From contig NC_092680.1 in assembly GCF_964355755.1 (NCBI RefSeq), forward strand, positions 8,742,001 to 8,806,000: DNA of 64,000 nucleotides, given 5' to 3'. The translations under genes and the position numbers were made by a program. Source of the stretch: Antedon mediterranea. Taxonomy: Eukaryota; Animalia; Echinodermata. Positions 14,860 to 26,302 of the stretch are shown piece after piece (positions within the stretch are counted from its first letter, which is position 1; every line of letters begins with the position of its first letter). The notes beneath the pieces were generated by a model. That model saw only the letters and a program-made list of their open reading frames with translations, was not told the origin of the DNA and did not search any database.

Positions 14860-15260
14860 TATGATGTTGTAGTATGTTTAAGCGTATATTAGCCTTTGAT
14901 GGCATTTGCAGCAATAAAGAAATTGAATTGAATTATTTGCCTAGTGGAAAACAGGATTTAGATACTGTTGCAAAGAACTATAATTATAAACTCAAGTTTA
15001 AAAGCTCTCGTCTTAATATTAGGAGGGACACGTTCGCCAGGAGTTATTCTCTTATGGAATGCTCTGCCTACGGATGTAGTTTCATGTGCTACGGTGAACT
15101 TGTTCAAAGCAAAACTTAACGTCGCATGGTCTAACCACCCGCTGAAGTTTTCACCCTATATAGAATATGATTTTATTGCTAAGAGGGGCTTTTAAGCACT
15201 GAGTGCTTCAACTCGATCCCGTAGACGAAAGTGTACGGGAAACAAGTAAACAAGTAAACT
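14860..15260 (+). mobile_element. 5'-truncated CR1-group LINE fragment
   Basis: Frameshifted NYKLKFKSSRLNIRRDTF / LWNALPTDVVSCATVNLFKAKLN..W, the typical CR1 ORF2 end. Short tandem tail ACAAGTAAACAAGTAAAC. Confidence 0.75.
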
Positions 15261-16007
15261 ATTCAGAGGTTTCCTCAGCCAGTACAGTATTCAGTTCTTC
15301 AATCACAGTAAATCGCACAATTGCTCACACTGCACAGACAACACATACTTTCTACACAGTTAGCAACTTGGCGACACATAGCTCAATGGAGTTACAATTT
15401 ATGAGTGATATAATTGAAAATAATTTACAGTCACTTTAGAAACAACAAAGGGATGACATCATTATTATTTGATACAGTACTTTTGGTAACGACTAAAGTC
15501 ATTTGTCTTGCTATTAGGTAGGTAATTAGTACATCCGACATCACTTGAATCCATTATGATGTATTACATTAGTAAACCTTTTAACAGACTCGCAATGGTA
15601 AGCCAGACATAGGTAACATCACCTGGGCTTCAGCAAAATAGACTTTAATTATCTCTCGAGCTAAATTGTAAGAATTTCAACAAAGAATTTATAATTGACA
15701 ATTTCATGTGACTGTGAACCAAATACAAGCAAATTGAGCTGAATGGTACTATACATGTACTAACACCAATATCAAGCCCATAGCCTGCAGGATTTGTTTT
15801 TCTTCAAAAGGAGCAAACAACATATTATTAAGTTAGGCTATTTAATAGGCAACTGCTGCTAATCACTAGTTGGAATAGGCAACTTCAGCAAAAAAAGGGG
15901 TTTGAGTGTTACCATTATTATTGTTCGTATTGTAATGGTACTGTAACCATGTTAGTAAAGTGCATAGTGCAATACCATCACATTTTGTGCCTGTACTTTT
16001 CTTTTAA

Positions 16008-16633
16008 AGACCCCTTCCCTGCAATTTTGGACGTTTTTTGGAAAATAATACATATATATCACTTTAAAAACATTAAACCATGTCATTCCTTGTCTTAAAT
16101 GTACGTTTTATGGTAAATTATGATAAAAAGTGAGAAACAATGCACTACCTAAGTAGCTCGCGGCGATCGACCTCTCGTGGACGGTCTCAGGCCTAGCCTA
16201 GCTAGGCTTAGTTTTGTAGGCCTAGCTGGTAAACATCGGTAACGTACGAACATCGTACGCTAGCTATATACCTAGCCTGACGTTGTATAGTTGCTGCATT
16301 AATTATCTTTCTATTTTTGCCAGACTCCGTTGATACAAATTGGGGAAAACCCGGTATTTTCGCTGAAAAGTTAGGAGTCTTCCATTTGTTTTGGCTTCAC
16401 GATCGATCGAAAAGTGGGCGAATTACAGGTGAAAAACAACAATATCAATCCGCGCGCAATGCATTTTGGGATTTATAGCGGGCCGCTATAATTATTAAAA
16501 TCGATTTATTTTTCACATTTTTAACCGTTTAAAGACGAAAAAAGTTATCGCAATAGGACCATATAGTATTATTTTTACATTAAATATAGTTTGTGATCTT
16601 AAATTAGATCTAAAAAACGTAGGAAAGGGGGCT
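16008..16633. mobile_element. Kolobok-like MITE (TTAA target)
   Basis: TTAA|AGACCCCTTCCCTGC ... GTAGGAAAGGGGGCT|TTAA. CpG-rich interior. Confidence 0.75.
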
Positions 16634-17804
16634 TTAATGTCTTTTGTCTGCAAAAAAGGGGTATAATATCATTACATTTTCTGAATTGGATTGAAGAACA
16701 TACTCTACTGCATTGTTTTAAAGTGCATTGCAATCATGTTGAAGTCCTGACAGGAAATGATTGCAAGACATTATGTGCATTGTTATAATAACAGCAATTA
16801 TTAGTTTCTATATCACACACTCTTAAATCAACAGCTTTCTATGATTTCAATCAAGGTCAAAACACTTTTCCACAACATTTGTGTTTTTAAAATCACTAGT
16901 AACACAATCTATAGTAGTTTATACAGTTTGTTTTAGTACATTCTTGCATACAATTGAAACAACATACATGTTTGCGCTACAGCAGATTTAGATCCAAGTC
17001 TTGCTGATAAATCTGAATACTATATTTTAATTTGAGTACAAAATAGGTTACTTGTCCCAACACTTTTTTTAAAACTGGATGTGTATTTCACTATGTTTTT
17101 GTTTGGTATGTCTAAATTACACAAACCAAAGGTTGTGTTGGTAGTCTGTGTGAGTGATGCTTACGTGAAAAAACTCTGAAAATAAAATTATAACGCTGAT
17201 ATGTGGGATGGTTACTACTATTTGAGGGTGCCACTTGCAGATGATACAATCAACAGAATTTTCTTTCTTCAAGGAGAGGCATTGTTGGTTTATCCAGATA
17301 AGTTAAGCATGAATGATAGAGGTAGACATGTTTTATTCTGTTTTTCTTTTATTCAACAAACACTTAGTGACTTACTATCTACAGTATTTTAAGTAAAAAA
17401 TATTAACGATAACAACCTACTTTAGATTACAGCTCAGATAAGGAAGTGCTATGTTGCAACTATCAAGAGTTTATCATGTAGGACTTAATAATAGGTCTTG
17501 AATTCAATTGGTCATCAGAACTAATAATAGTGTGCTTTCCATATTAATGACAGCAAAATAATTATATGCTCATGATATTGCATCTGGTTACTAATACTAG
17601 ATGAGGTAGTACATATACTAGGCCTAGTTTGTGTTTAATAAACACAAAATATATATTTTAGTTGATACACGATATAACAGAATGCATTCAGCAATTAGCA
17701 CTGAATGAATGAAAAAATAATACAACAAACAGCGAAAATGTATCTGGTGCGACCAAAATAAAACATGACCAATACCAACCGTAACCGATATGATAAACAG
17801 TGTA

Positions 17805-18307
17805 CAGTACAACCTTCGTTTTACGTACCCTGATTTTACGTTCCCTTGATTTTACGTACGCTTAAAATGACCGATGACGTCATCATTTTCTTACATTGAG
17901 GGCGCAATTTAACAACAACAAAGCACAAAGCCATGGCTGTGTGAGGAACTCATGTGCATTCCCCTACTATGCAGTGACTGTTTTTATTGATAGAAAATAC
18001 AAGAACATTTGATATTTTATTTATTAACACTTTATTTAAACTAAATCGCACAGTCTGTATATACTGTACTTTTCTAGGCCTCTTATCTTGCTAGGCCTGC
18101 TAGCCTGGCCTAGTTTAGTCTAGGAAGGGCCTAGCTAGCTAGGCCTAAGCTAGTGACCACCTGCATGCTGTAGGCAAACACGGCAGCCTTTTTAGCTACG
18201 ATATTACGTATTTGGGGGTCAATTTAAGGTCACCCTGGATTTTACGAATCCCTTGTTTTACGTACGCCTTTCGGTCCCGTACCGTACGTAAAATGGAGGT
18301 TCTACTG
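17805..18307. mobile_element. Tc1/mariner (pogo/Tigger-like) MITE
   Basis: TA|CAGTACAACCTTCGTTTTACGTAC ... GTACGTAAAATGGAGGTTCTACTG|TA. Subterminal TTTTACGT repeats. Appears inserted into an older repeat related to 39830-40000. Confidence 0.85.
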
Positions 18308-18564
18308 TATCTAGTGGCACGCAATACAAAATACCGGATGTTTATTTTATTGCGACCGATTTTATCCTTCACCGACTTAAACATAGAAACACATAAAATC
18401 TAGTGGTCTAACACTGAACAATACAATCTAGCCGTTAGTATAGCCTTCTGTACACTGAACTGAATTACTACAGGGCTTAGCCAATAATTAAATTAATAAG
18501 AAATCCATTACGGAGGGTTTTTTTTTTCAGAAAAGACTAGGCTTCCTAAGGGGAAGTAATAATA

Positions 18565-19314
18565 ACGCCGTGGTTAGGATTCCGGCACCGGAACTCAACT
18601 GCCCAGCGTTAGGGAAATCCGACACGCTATTGCGCATGCCCAGAGCGAGGTAATCGGCGACTCTATACTTATCAACAGCGATGGATCATTTCATAGCTGC
18701 GCCACACGGCGAACTAGCCTAGATGTCTACTAATACGGGATCCACTAATCTAGGCTAGGGCTACCAGTTAGACGTGACCAGTGGGCCTATTTATTTTGTA
18801 ATTAAAAAGTGGTTGCTTCATTCATATATAAACTTCATATTATTATGAATTATATAATTACATGACTAGTTTTATGATTTTTCATAACGCATTATACTGT
18901 ACAACAACATGCAATCACAAGTTGATTTGTTGACGGCAGCCACCGCGTGGATGTGAAAAAACTGTTCGGAAAGTCAGGGTCGCAACGCTAAAAACAGCAT
19001 TACGATTCTTAGATAGATACTGATACTTATTAATATCATTATAATTATTTTAATGCGTGGCGTAGTCATATTTTAATTATTAATTCATGTATGGCATGGT
19101 ATATGGCATAGGCCAAGTTTAATCCATCGCTCTCTCGCTCGCGCAACGACTATCTAGGCTCTACAGTATAATAACACTCCGACTCTCGGTGGTGTGGTGT
19201 GTTATAAGTACAAGCTATAATTCACTTCCCAGAGCTATGGGCATGCGCAATAGCATGTCGGATTCCCTAACGGTGGGCAGTTGAGTTCCGGTGCCGGAAT
19301 CCTAACCACGGCGT
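18565..19314. mobile_element. MITE with ~80-bp TIRs inserted in an (AAT)n run
   Basis: ACGCCGTGGTTAGGATTCCGGCACCGGAACTCAACTGCCCA... and a near-perfect reverse complement at 19234-19314. Flanks are AATAATA on both sides. Confidence 0.85.
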
Positions 19315-19451
19315 AATAATAATACAGTATTTAATAACAATATAATATTATATAAGGGCCTACTAGGCTAGGCCTATCTAATATACCAATCCATTTATAT
19401 CATTATATGATAATTATTATTATTTATATGAATGATTAATGAAAAACCTAC

Positions 19452-19784
19452 CTTTTTTGTTGGAGAATTCGGAAGAGAAGTATCGTATCCAATTGTTCGT
19501 CTATTAGATTCCATTGTATCTGCTGCATTTTGATTTGAGGTACTGAAAGTTCCAGAATATGTTCCAACAGTCGATTCACCTCCGAGGGTATCGGTAGTGT
19601 GGCTAAACCTACCACTTCCCATTCGGGCGGCCAGCTGTGGGTCTTTGTCATAATCATCGTCAAACTCGTTTACGGGGCTACGTATTGAGCCTGTACCAAA
19701 ACGAGAATTTCTCCCAGAACCTGAATAATCGGGACTAGGAGGCTTTGGAGTTTTCTTTCCTAATTTTCTAAATATCTTCGCCAT
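19452..19784 (-). CDS. First coding exon of an SHB/SHD/SHE/SHF-family SH2 adaptor (rest of the gene probably lies left of the window)
   Basis: MAKIFRKLGKKTPKPPSPDY resembles the family's N-terminal MAKW..PPQPPxPDY signature. 333 bp, phase 0, ends at AAG|GTAGGT. The SH2 domain is not in the window. Confidence 0.65.
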
Positions 19785-20457
19785 ATTGGCGGAAGTAGAA
19801 ATATCCTAAATTATAAGTCGTATTTTGATCGTCTTCGTCTTCAGTCTTCTTCTTCGGATCGCATGCTCCTCACACTCACGATTTTTGGGATGTGTTCGTT
19901 TTCTTTTTTTTCTGTTTTTAGTAAAGGTGGCGCTGTTCAACATTTTGTTTAGATTAATATTTTTCAAGTGATAATTTACGAAATAACACTGAACTGACAT
20001 GACTTTTACGTGAATACAGTTCGAATATCTCCAATTTTATAAACCAAACAAGTGACATGATGAAACATGCGGTTTCCTAACAAAACATACAGATGTACGT
20101 CGTGTGTACAGGTAAATAATTGATATAAATAAATACGTCATTAAAGTGATTATGAGTCATTCTTGTTTCGGTTGTTGACACCAATCTATAAATTGAATTA
20201 AATACTTACCGATGCATTCACACTAGCCTAATTGGCCTAGGCCTTGCCTACTATTATAGTGTACTACTACTACTAGGCCTAAGCCTAACTTGCTAGGGGA
20301 TCCTAGCTAGTAGTAGTAGGTAAGGTAGGACGGATGCCCGGTAGGACTAGGCCTATTAGGCCTAGCTAGCCTCTATTCTAGTCTAGCCCTTATTTCCATT
20401 TTAGTAAGCCTTATTAGGTAGGATCACACAGTGCATTTCGGCCGCCGGTTATGGAAC

Positions 20458-20772
20458 TGTAGTATCGACCCCAGGGGGTGGGCAATAAATGAATGGCCTG
20501 AACCTACCAACCGTCTGCGGGCGCCTGGATCCAGTACAAGTGACGTAGACGTCTGGGCGCCGACATGCGCCAACGGTTGGGGAAGACCAGAAATCGGGGC
20601 AGTTAGCCACGGGGTTTGCCGTGGTTAAGGAGAATACGGCTATTGGCAGTAATGTATTATATTGAGTATATATATTGGATTACTATATCACATTGGATTT
20701 TCCCCAAGCGGGAAGAAGTTCCCAGATAGGTAAGTCGATCTGGTCACTTTCATAAACGGGGTGAATACAATA
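20458..20772 (+). repeat. 5' LTR (315 bp)
   Basis: TGTAGTATCG...GAATACAATA. Differs from the 3' LTR by 4 substitutions and one 5-bp indel (by-eye alignment). Confidence 0.95.
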
Positions 20773-20773
20773 T

Positions 20774-20787
20774 TGGCGCTGCGAGCA
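20774..20787 (+). other. Primer binding site, tRNA-Ser-like
   Basis: TGGCGCTGCGAGCA lies 1 nt after the LTR and is complementary to a ...GCUCGCAGCG-CCA tRNA 3' end, which resembles tRNA-Ser acceptor ends. Confidence 0.8.
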
Positions 20788-21111
20788 AAAAGGTTAATTA
20801 TTCCTGTATTTTTGCTTGTTTTTCTGAGGAATTTGTGTGTGCGATAGAAGACACACTTGTTCCGCATATTATGCAAATTAGTTTCCAAGGTTGGTAGGAA
20901 AAGCATTTGCCGCGTTATTACGGTACGGTGTGTTGCTGTTGGTATTAATTAATTGGATACAGACATTGGTGTGTCCATTAGGATTTTTTATTAATTAATT
21001 GATTGTTAATTAATATTTATTCCGCTTTTGGAAATCACGAATCGATCTCCAGCGGCGGGTTTCAAACCTTCCAGTTTAGGTATTACAGTTAATAGTAGCG
21101 TCTGGATTACC

Positions 21112-23270
21112 ATGCCTATAGACGGTAATCGCATTTGGGTGAATTTTTGTACACTCGAAGAATTATGCGATATTCCGGGGATAGGAGTGGTTCGGGCGGA
21201 CGAGATTTTGTCCCTTAGGACCAGATTGGGTAATATTTCGTCTGTAATAGATTTAAGTTCTATTAAGGGTCTGAGTAAGAAGCCAGAATTCTTGAACAGA
21301 TTTGATTTTGCACCTAACCCTAGGTTGTCACCCGAGGACTTTAGTCGAATGTTGGGTTCTGTGTCTTCATTGGTAGATGATCAGAATGATTTTAGTGTTC
21401 ATTCCGCAGCCCAGCATTTAGGATCTGAGGTGGGGCTGATAGGGGAGGCTCTGGGGAAAAGGGAGTAGTTTTTGATAGGGCTCACCATGGATTAGGTGAT
21501 ATATCTTCGATGGTCCGGCGGCAGGGGTCGGCATCGTCTGGGTCTGCTGGGGTTAGTAAGGGCGCCAATACAATTAAAAGTGCTCTAAAGCAGGAGGTGG
21601 GTCCCGGGAATGACGAGACTCGTTCCCGGAAAACTGAGCAAAAGCTTAAGTTTATGTCCTTCAGGGAATTCTCTCTTTCTCCAGAGAACCAGGAAGGGGG
21701 TTACTCTAGTGGGGAGGAGGCTCACGTGGGTTCCGCAGAAGAGTACGCAGCGACTCTTCAGTACAAGGCTGGGGAGTTATCCGCATGTAGAGGGGGGAAA
21801 GAGTTTAGCGGGAATAAAGGATATGGGGACTCCGGTGTCGAAAGGGGGATATCCGGCTCCACGGAGGGATTCTCAAAGGGACGAAGTTGATACAGGCCGA
21901 CAATGGGCAAATATGAGAGAGGGTAACTCATGGGGTGGAGATAGATCAGGGAACGGGTTCTCTGGGGATGGTACTTGGGACCGTCCTGAATATCGTCCAC
22001 GGGATGAAAGACCAGGACCCTCGCATATGCCTACTCGCCAGGAAGCGGATTGGACTTCGGACCGATTCGGGAGGTGGGATGGATACCAGGGGTCCGAGTC
22101 TCCGTATGGATGGCCATCTGGTCGTCAACGGGAGGGGCCAGGTCGTCAGGACTGGGACTATTCATGGGTCGTTCCACAACCCTGGGGTAGATACGAAGAG
22201 GGGCCAGTATTATACCAGGACCGAAGGGATAGAGGTCCAAGGGCTGGAACTAGGGGTAGTAGGTCGGGCGGTAGGCCAAGACGGGAACCTTTCCGTTCTA
22301 AGGACGTCCCGAGAAGCCTGGTATATAGAGGGAAGGATAACTGGGCTTTCTTTAAACGTAGATTTAGGGCTTTTTCGGAAGAGCATCATCTTTCGCCCTG
22401 GGAGATGAAGGAGGCTTTGTGTTGGTGCGTGGAGGGGGCTGCGGCGGACCTCTACACCAATTTAGTAACAATGGATGGGGACATTTCCTTTTGGGATATA
22501 ATTCATGCCTTTGACCCAACGGTTTACGGAGGATGAACTTCCCGAGGTCCTCCAGGCCAAACTAGAGACCGCATCCCAACAGGGAACAGAGTCAGTAGGG
22601 GAATGGGCCGATCGGGTATTAACCCTAACTAGGAAAGCATTCAAGCCGCTTTCCAATGAATGGATACAGAGACATTCAGCTATGAAGTTCTGTATCGGGT
22701 GCCGTAACACGGGGGTGGGAAAATTGGTACTTTTTGAAAATTGCGCGACTATGTCCGAGGCGCTTAGAAAGTATGATAAATTTAACAGCCTCCAATCTCT
22801 TTATGAAACTAAGTGGGGAAAAGAAATGACGTCACTACCACCCCAGGCAAGGTCTCCATCGGTCTCGACTAGGCCGACAACACAATCACGTCCGCTTTCC
22901 TCCATGCCCGTCCAACTGGAGGGGGATCCCGTAGTGCGGTTAGTTGAGCGTAGGCCAGGGGTGGAAAATAGGGGATTTTACAGACTAGAGGTGGGGCCGA
23001 GGCCCAGCCGGGTGGGTTAGGTAAAAGGGTTATATGGCGATAGAGGCAGATTTGGCCCAGGTTAAAGGGTTGTTAAAAAGGGTCTTGGAAATAGTAGAGG
23101 GTGGGGATCGTTTGGGTGGGGGCTCGGGGCCGTCACCTCCTCCCCAATCCACTAATAACTGGGACCGCTGTTTTGAATGTAATGAGGTGGGTCATTTCAA
23201 AAGGGAATGCCCGAAATTAGCGCGTCAAGCCAGGCAGGTAGGGGAACAAGAAGATCCTTTAAACGAATAG
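21112..23270 (+). pseudogene. gag: gag (frameshifted): N-terminal helix-hairpin-helix domain, low-complexity linker, capsid, CCHC zinc knuckle
   Basis: ACCATG start. VNFCTLEELCDIPGIGVVRADEILSLR...DLSSIKGL (HhH); YRGKDNWAFFKRRF and QQGTESVGEWADRV (capsid); CFECNEVGHFKREC (zinc knuckle). Split over five ORF-track segments. Confidence 0.85.
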
Positions 23271-23303
23271 GGGTCGGGGGTCGGGGCCTGACCACCGACT
23301 GCC
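23258..23303 (+). promoter_or_regulatory. Programmed -1 ribosomal frameshift signal at the gag/pol junction
   Basis: Slippery heptamer T TTA AAC in gag phase just before the gag stop. Followed by a GC-rich stem-loop (GTCGG-GGGTC...GACC-A-CCGAC). pol is in the -1 frame. Confidence 0.8.
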
Positions 23304-26070
23304 AGCGTTTTGAAGGCTCGTGCGTTAAGCGGGAAGAGGTACAGGGGTACCCGGGTGGGGATCCTCTGGAGGTGTCCGTGGACATGGTTAGTCTAAAGGA
23401 AAGGGGACCATGCATAGTGGTAAATAGGGTAGAGTCGGCGAAGGCATTGCATGCCACAGTGTTTGTAAATGGGGTTCACACGGTAGCTGTAGTAGATACC
23501 GCTGCTGATTACACAATTCTCTCAGACCGGGTATTTGCCAAGCTGGATCCCGCCCCACCAATAATTGCAGAACTTTCCTTTAAATTAGCAGGGAGGGGGA
23601 CTTCTATGCCGGGGTACCAGGTAGGCCCAGTCACTTTCGCATTAGGTTCCGAAGAGTACACTGAATATATGTACGTGGCGCCTATAAATGACGATATGTT
23701 GCTGGGAGGGGATTTTTTGATACCCAATCAAGCTCTTATCGATTGTGGGAAATTATTACTGAGTGTCTGTGGGAACAAGTACACTTTCGCTTCACAAAGA
23801 GGCGGGGGAGGTTAGCCCTAGGGTTGCTCGGGTGACGGTCGGCAAGCGCAGGGTGCTTCCTCCGTTTTCGGCGGGATATATACTGTGCCGGTTGGACGTA
23901 ACAGGGGAGCATCTCTCAGATTACTTCATTGAACCCGATAATCAGGGGAAAGTTCTAATTCCATCTACCATTCATCGGGGTGGGACTGTTCCCAAAGTTT
24001 GCGTGGCGAATCTTACGGACAGATATATAACACTGAAACAGGGAGAGGTTGTGGGGAATGCCACTGAGTGGGAGGGTAATCATGCGCCTTCTCAAGGGGG
24101 ATCGGTGTCCACCGTAGGGGTTGACAGTGCAGAGAAATCCTCCACGGAACAGGGTGGGGTACCACAACACCTGGAAGGGATGTTAGCGGATGTAAGGAAA
24201 ACCTTGTCCGGTTCCGAGTTCGATAGGGCGAAACAACTGCTCATTGAGTTCCAAGATGTCTTTGCGGCTCATCAATTTGATATAGGGACCCTGAAGGGTA
24301 TTGAGCATACTATCGATACGGGGGATGCGCCGCCAATCCGACAACGACTCCGACCAACTCCCATGCACTTCGCCGGGGAGGAGGAAAAGGAGATCAATAA
24401 AATGTTACAAGCAGGGGTGGTTCAGCCTTCAGTGTCCGAGTGGGCCTCTCCACCAGTGTTGGTATGCAAACGGGACGGCTCCGTGCGGTTCTGTATCGAC
24501 TACCGGGCTCTAAATAATGTTACAATTAAGGACGCCTATCCTCTACCCTTGGTACGGGATTGTCTCGATGCTTTGTCGGGCAACACATGGTTTACCAAAT
24601 TGGATGCCATATGGGGGTACTGGCAAATTAATATGGGGGAAACGGATAGGAGAAAAACGGCATTCATTACCAAGTACGGGCTATTTGAATTTGTTAAAAT
24701 GCCGTTCGGGCTATCAAATTGCCCAGCCACGTTTTCACAGGCTATGGGTTTAGTATTGAGGGGGCTAGCTTGGGACACCGTTCTTGCCTTTCTGGACGGC
24801 ATTGTAGTCATGGGACGGAATTTTGATGACCATTTGGGCAATGTCCGACATGTTTTAGAACGTTTCCGTGCAAGCAGCCTTAAGCTCAAGCCGAAAAAAT
24901 GTATCTTTTTCCAACGGGAGGTGGAATTCCTAGGCCGGGTGGTTGGTGGGGATGCCTTATCGATTTCGGCTACAGATGTTACTGTAGTCCAGGATTGGCC
25001 CGTACCTACCTCGGTAAAGGAGTTGCAACAGTTCCTGGGACTGGCTAATTACCACCGGGAATTCATTGACCATTTCGCCGATAAAGCTGGCCCGTTGTAC
25101 AAATTACTGGGTAAAGGGGTGCCATTTGCATGGGGGCCCGAACAGCAAGCTGCTTTTGCTGGTTTAAAGTTGGCTCTCATTACACCCCCCCCCCCTGTTC
25201 TCACTCTTCCTAATACCAGGGACGAATTCATTTTAGATGTGGATGCGTCAGACTTGGCGTTGGGGGGAGAACTACTACAAGTACAAGGGGAGAACTACTA
25301 CAAGTACAAGGGGAATGGGAGAAGGTAATTGCGTATGCTAGCACCCGTCTTACGGCGGAGCAGCGCAATTACTGTACGACCCGCAAAGAATTATTGGCGG
25401 TGGTGTATTTGACGCGTCATTTTCGCCACTATCTCTTGGGTAGACCTTTCCGGGTTAGAACAGACCATAGCAGCCTGGTCTGGTTACTGTCGTTTAAAAA
25501 CCCCCAAGGGCAATTAGCTAGGTGGATAGAGGAACTCAGCCTCTATAATCTTGTCCTGGAACTCAGCCTCTATAATCTTGTCCTGGAACATCGTAAGGGG
25601 GTACTACATGGGAATGCAGATGCGTTATCCCGTCAGGCCAGACCGGTTGACCACTTTGAGCAGGGGGTTGATCCCGGGGATTTGCCTTGCGGGAGATGCT
25701 CTTATTGCGTCAGGGCACATAGCCGGTGGGTCCGTTTCCGGGAGGACATGGATGACGTAGTTCCGATTTCACAAATCCGGCAAATAGGACCGGACCCTAA
25801 TGAGGAGGGGTTGGTGGACCCAGGTGGGACTACGATCGAGGTCGTACGGGGGTCTTCGTTCTGTGTCAGCAATTTGGCTCAGAACGGTGTGGTTGGGGAT
25901 ACTCCCGTGGCTTGAGCAATTTCAAGCTAAGATCCCGATTTAGTGGCTATCAGGGGATGGCTGGAACCGGGGAAACCGCCAGACGGGGAATTATTTAACT
26001 CCAGTCCGGCGACAAACACCTGTGGCTGAATCGGGATTGGTTATGTATCGGGGAGAACGGGTTCCGTTAC
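23261..26070 (+). pseudogene. pol: pol (protease, RT, RNase H; truncated before the integrase core)
   Basis: AVVDTAADYTIL (protease); WASPPVLV, RFCIDYRALN, MPFGLSNCP and FLDG in place of YxDD (RT); LDVDASD, ELLAVV, RTDHSSL and HGNADALSR (RNase H). Several frameshifts. Confidence 0.95.
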
Positions 26071-26302
26071 ATAGGGAGGGTATGTGTCAATATTTCGCAG
26101 CTCGTGCGCTCAATATTGACCGATACAACTTAACAAGTGCACCGATTGTTTTTAGTTATACTTGCACCAGGCGCACGGCCGGGTGCCCTGTTTATTATGT
26201 CACAAGGAGCTAGCGAATCCTGTGAACCCAGTCTCATGGGCCAGGTAGCAACGCTAGCCGGGTTACCCCCGGTCGACTACCTCCTTTTCAAATCCGGGGG
26301 AG

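Noticed and set aside
21028-21468. ComEA-like ORF as bacterial contamination or a standalone horizontally transferred gene
   Set aside because: It lies between paired LTRs at the gag start position, right after the PBS leader, within eukaryotic flanks. It is treated as part of Gag.
21758-25231. Antisense and alternative-frame ORFs in the Gypsy interior
   Set aside because: Expected in GC-rich coding DNA. No env-like or other domain recognised.
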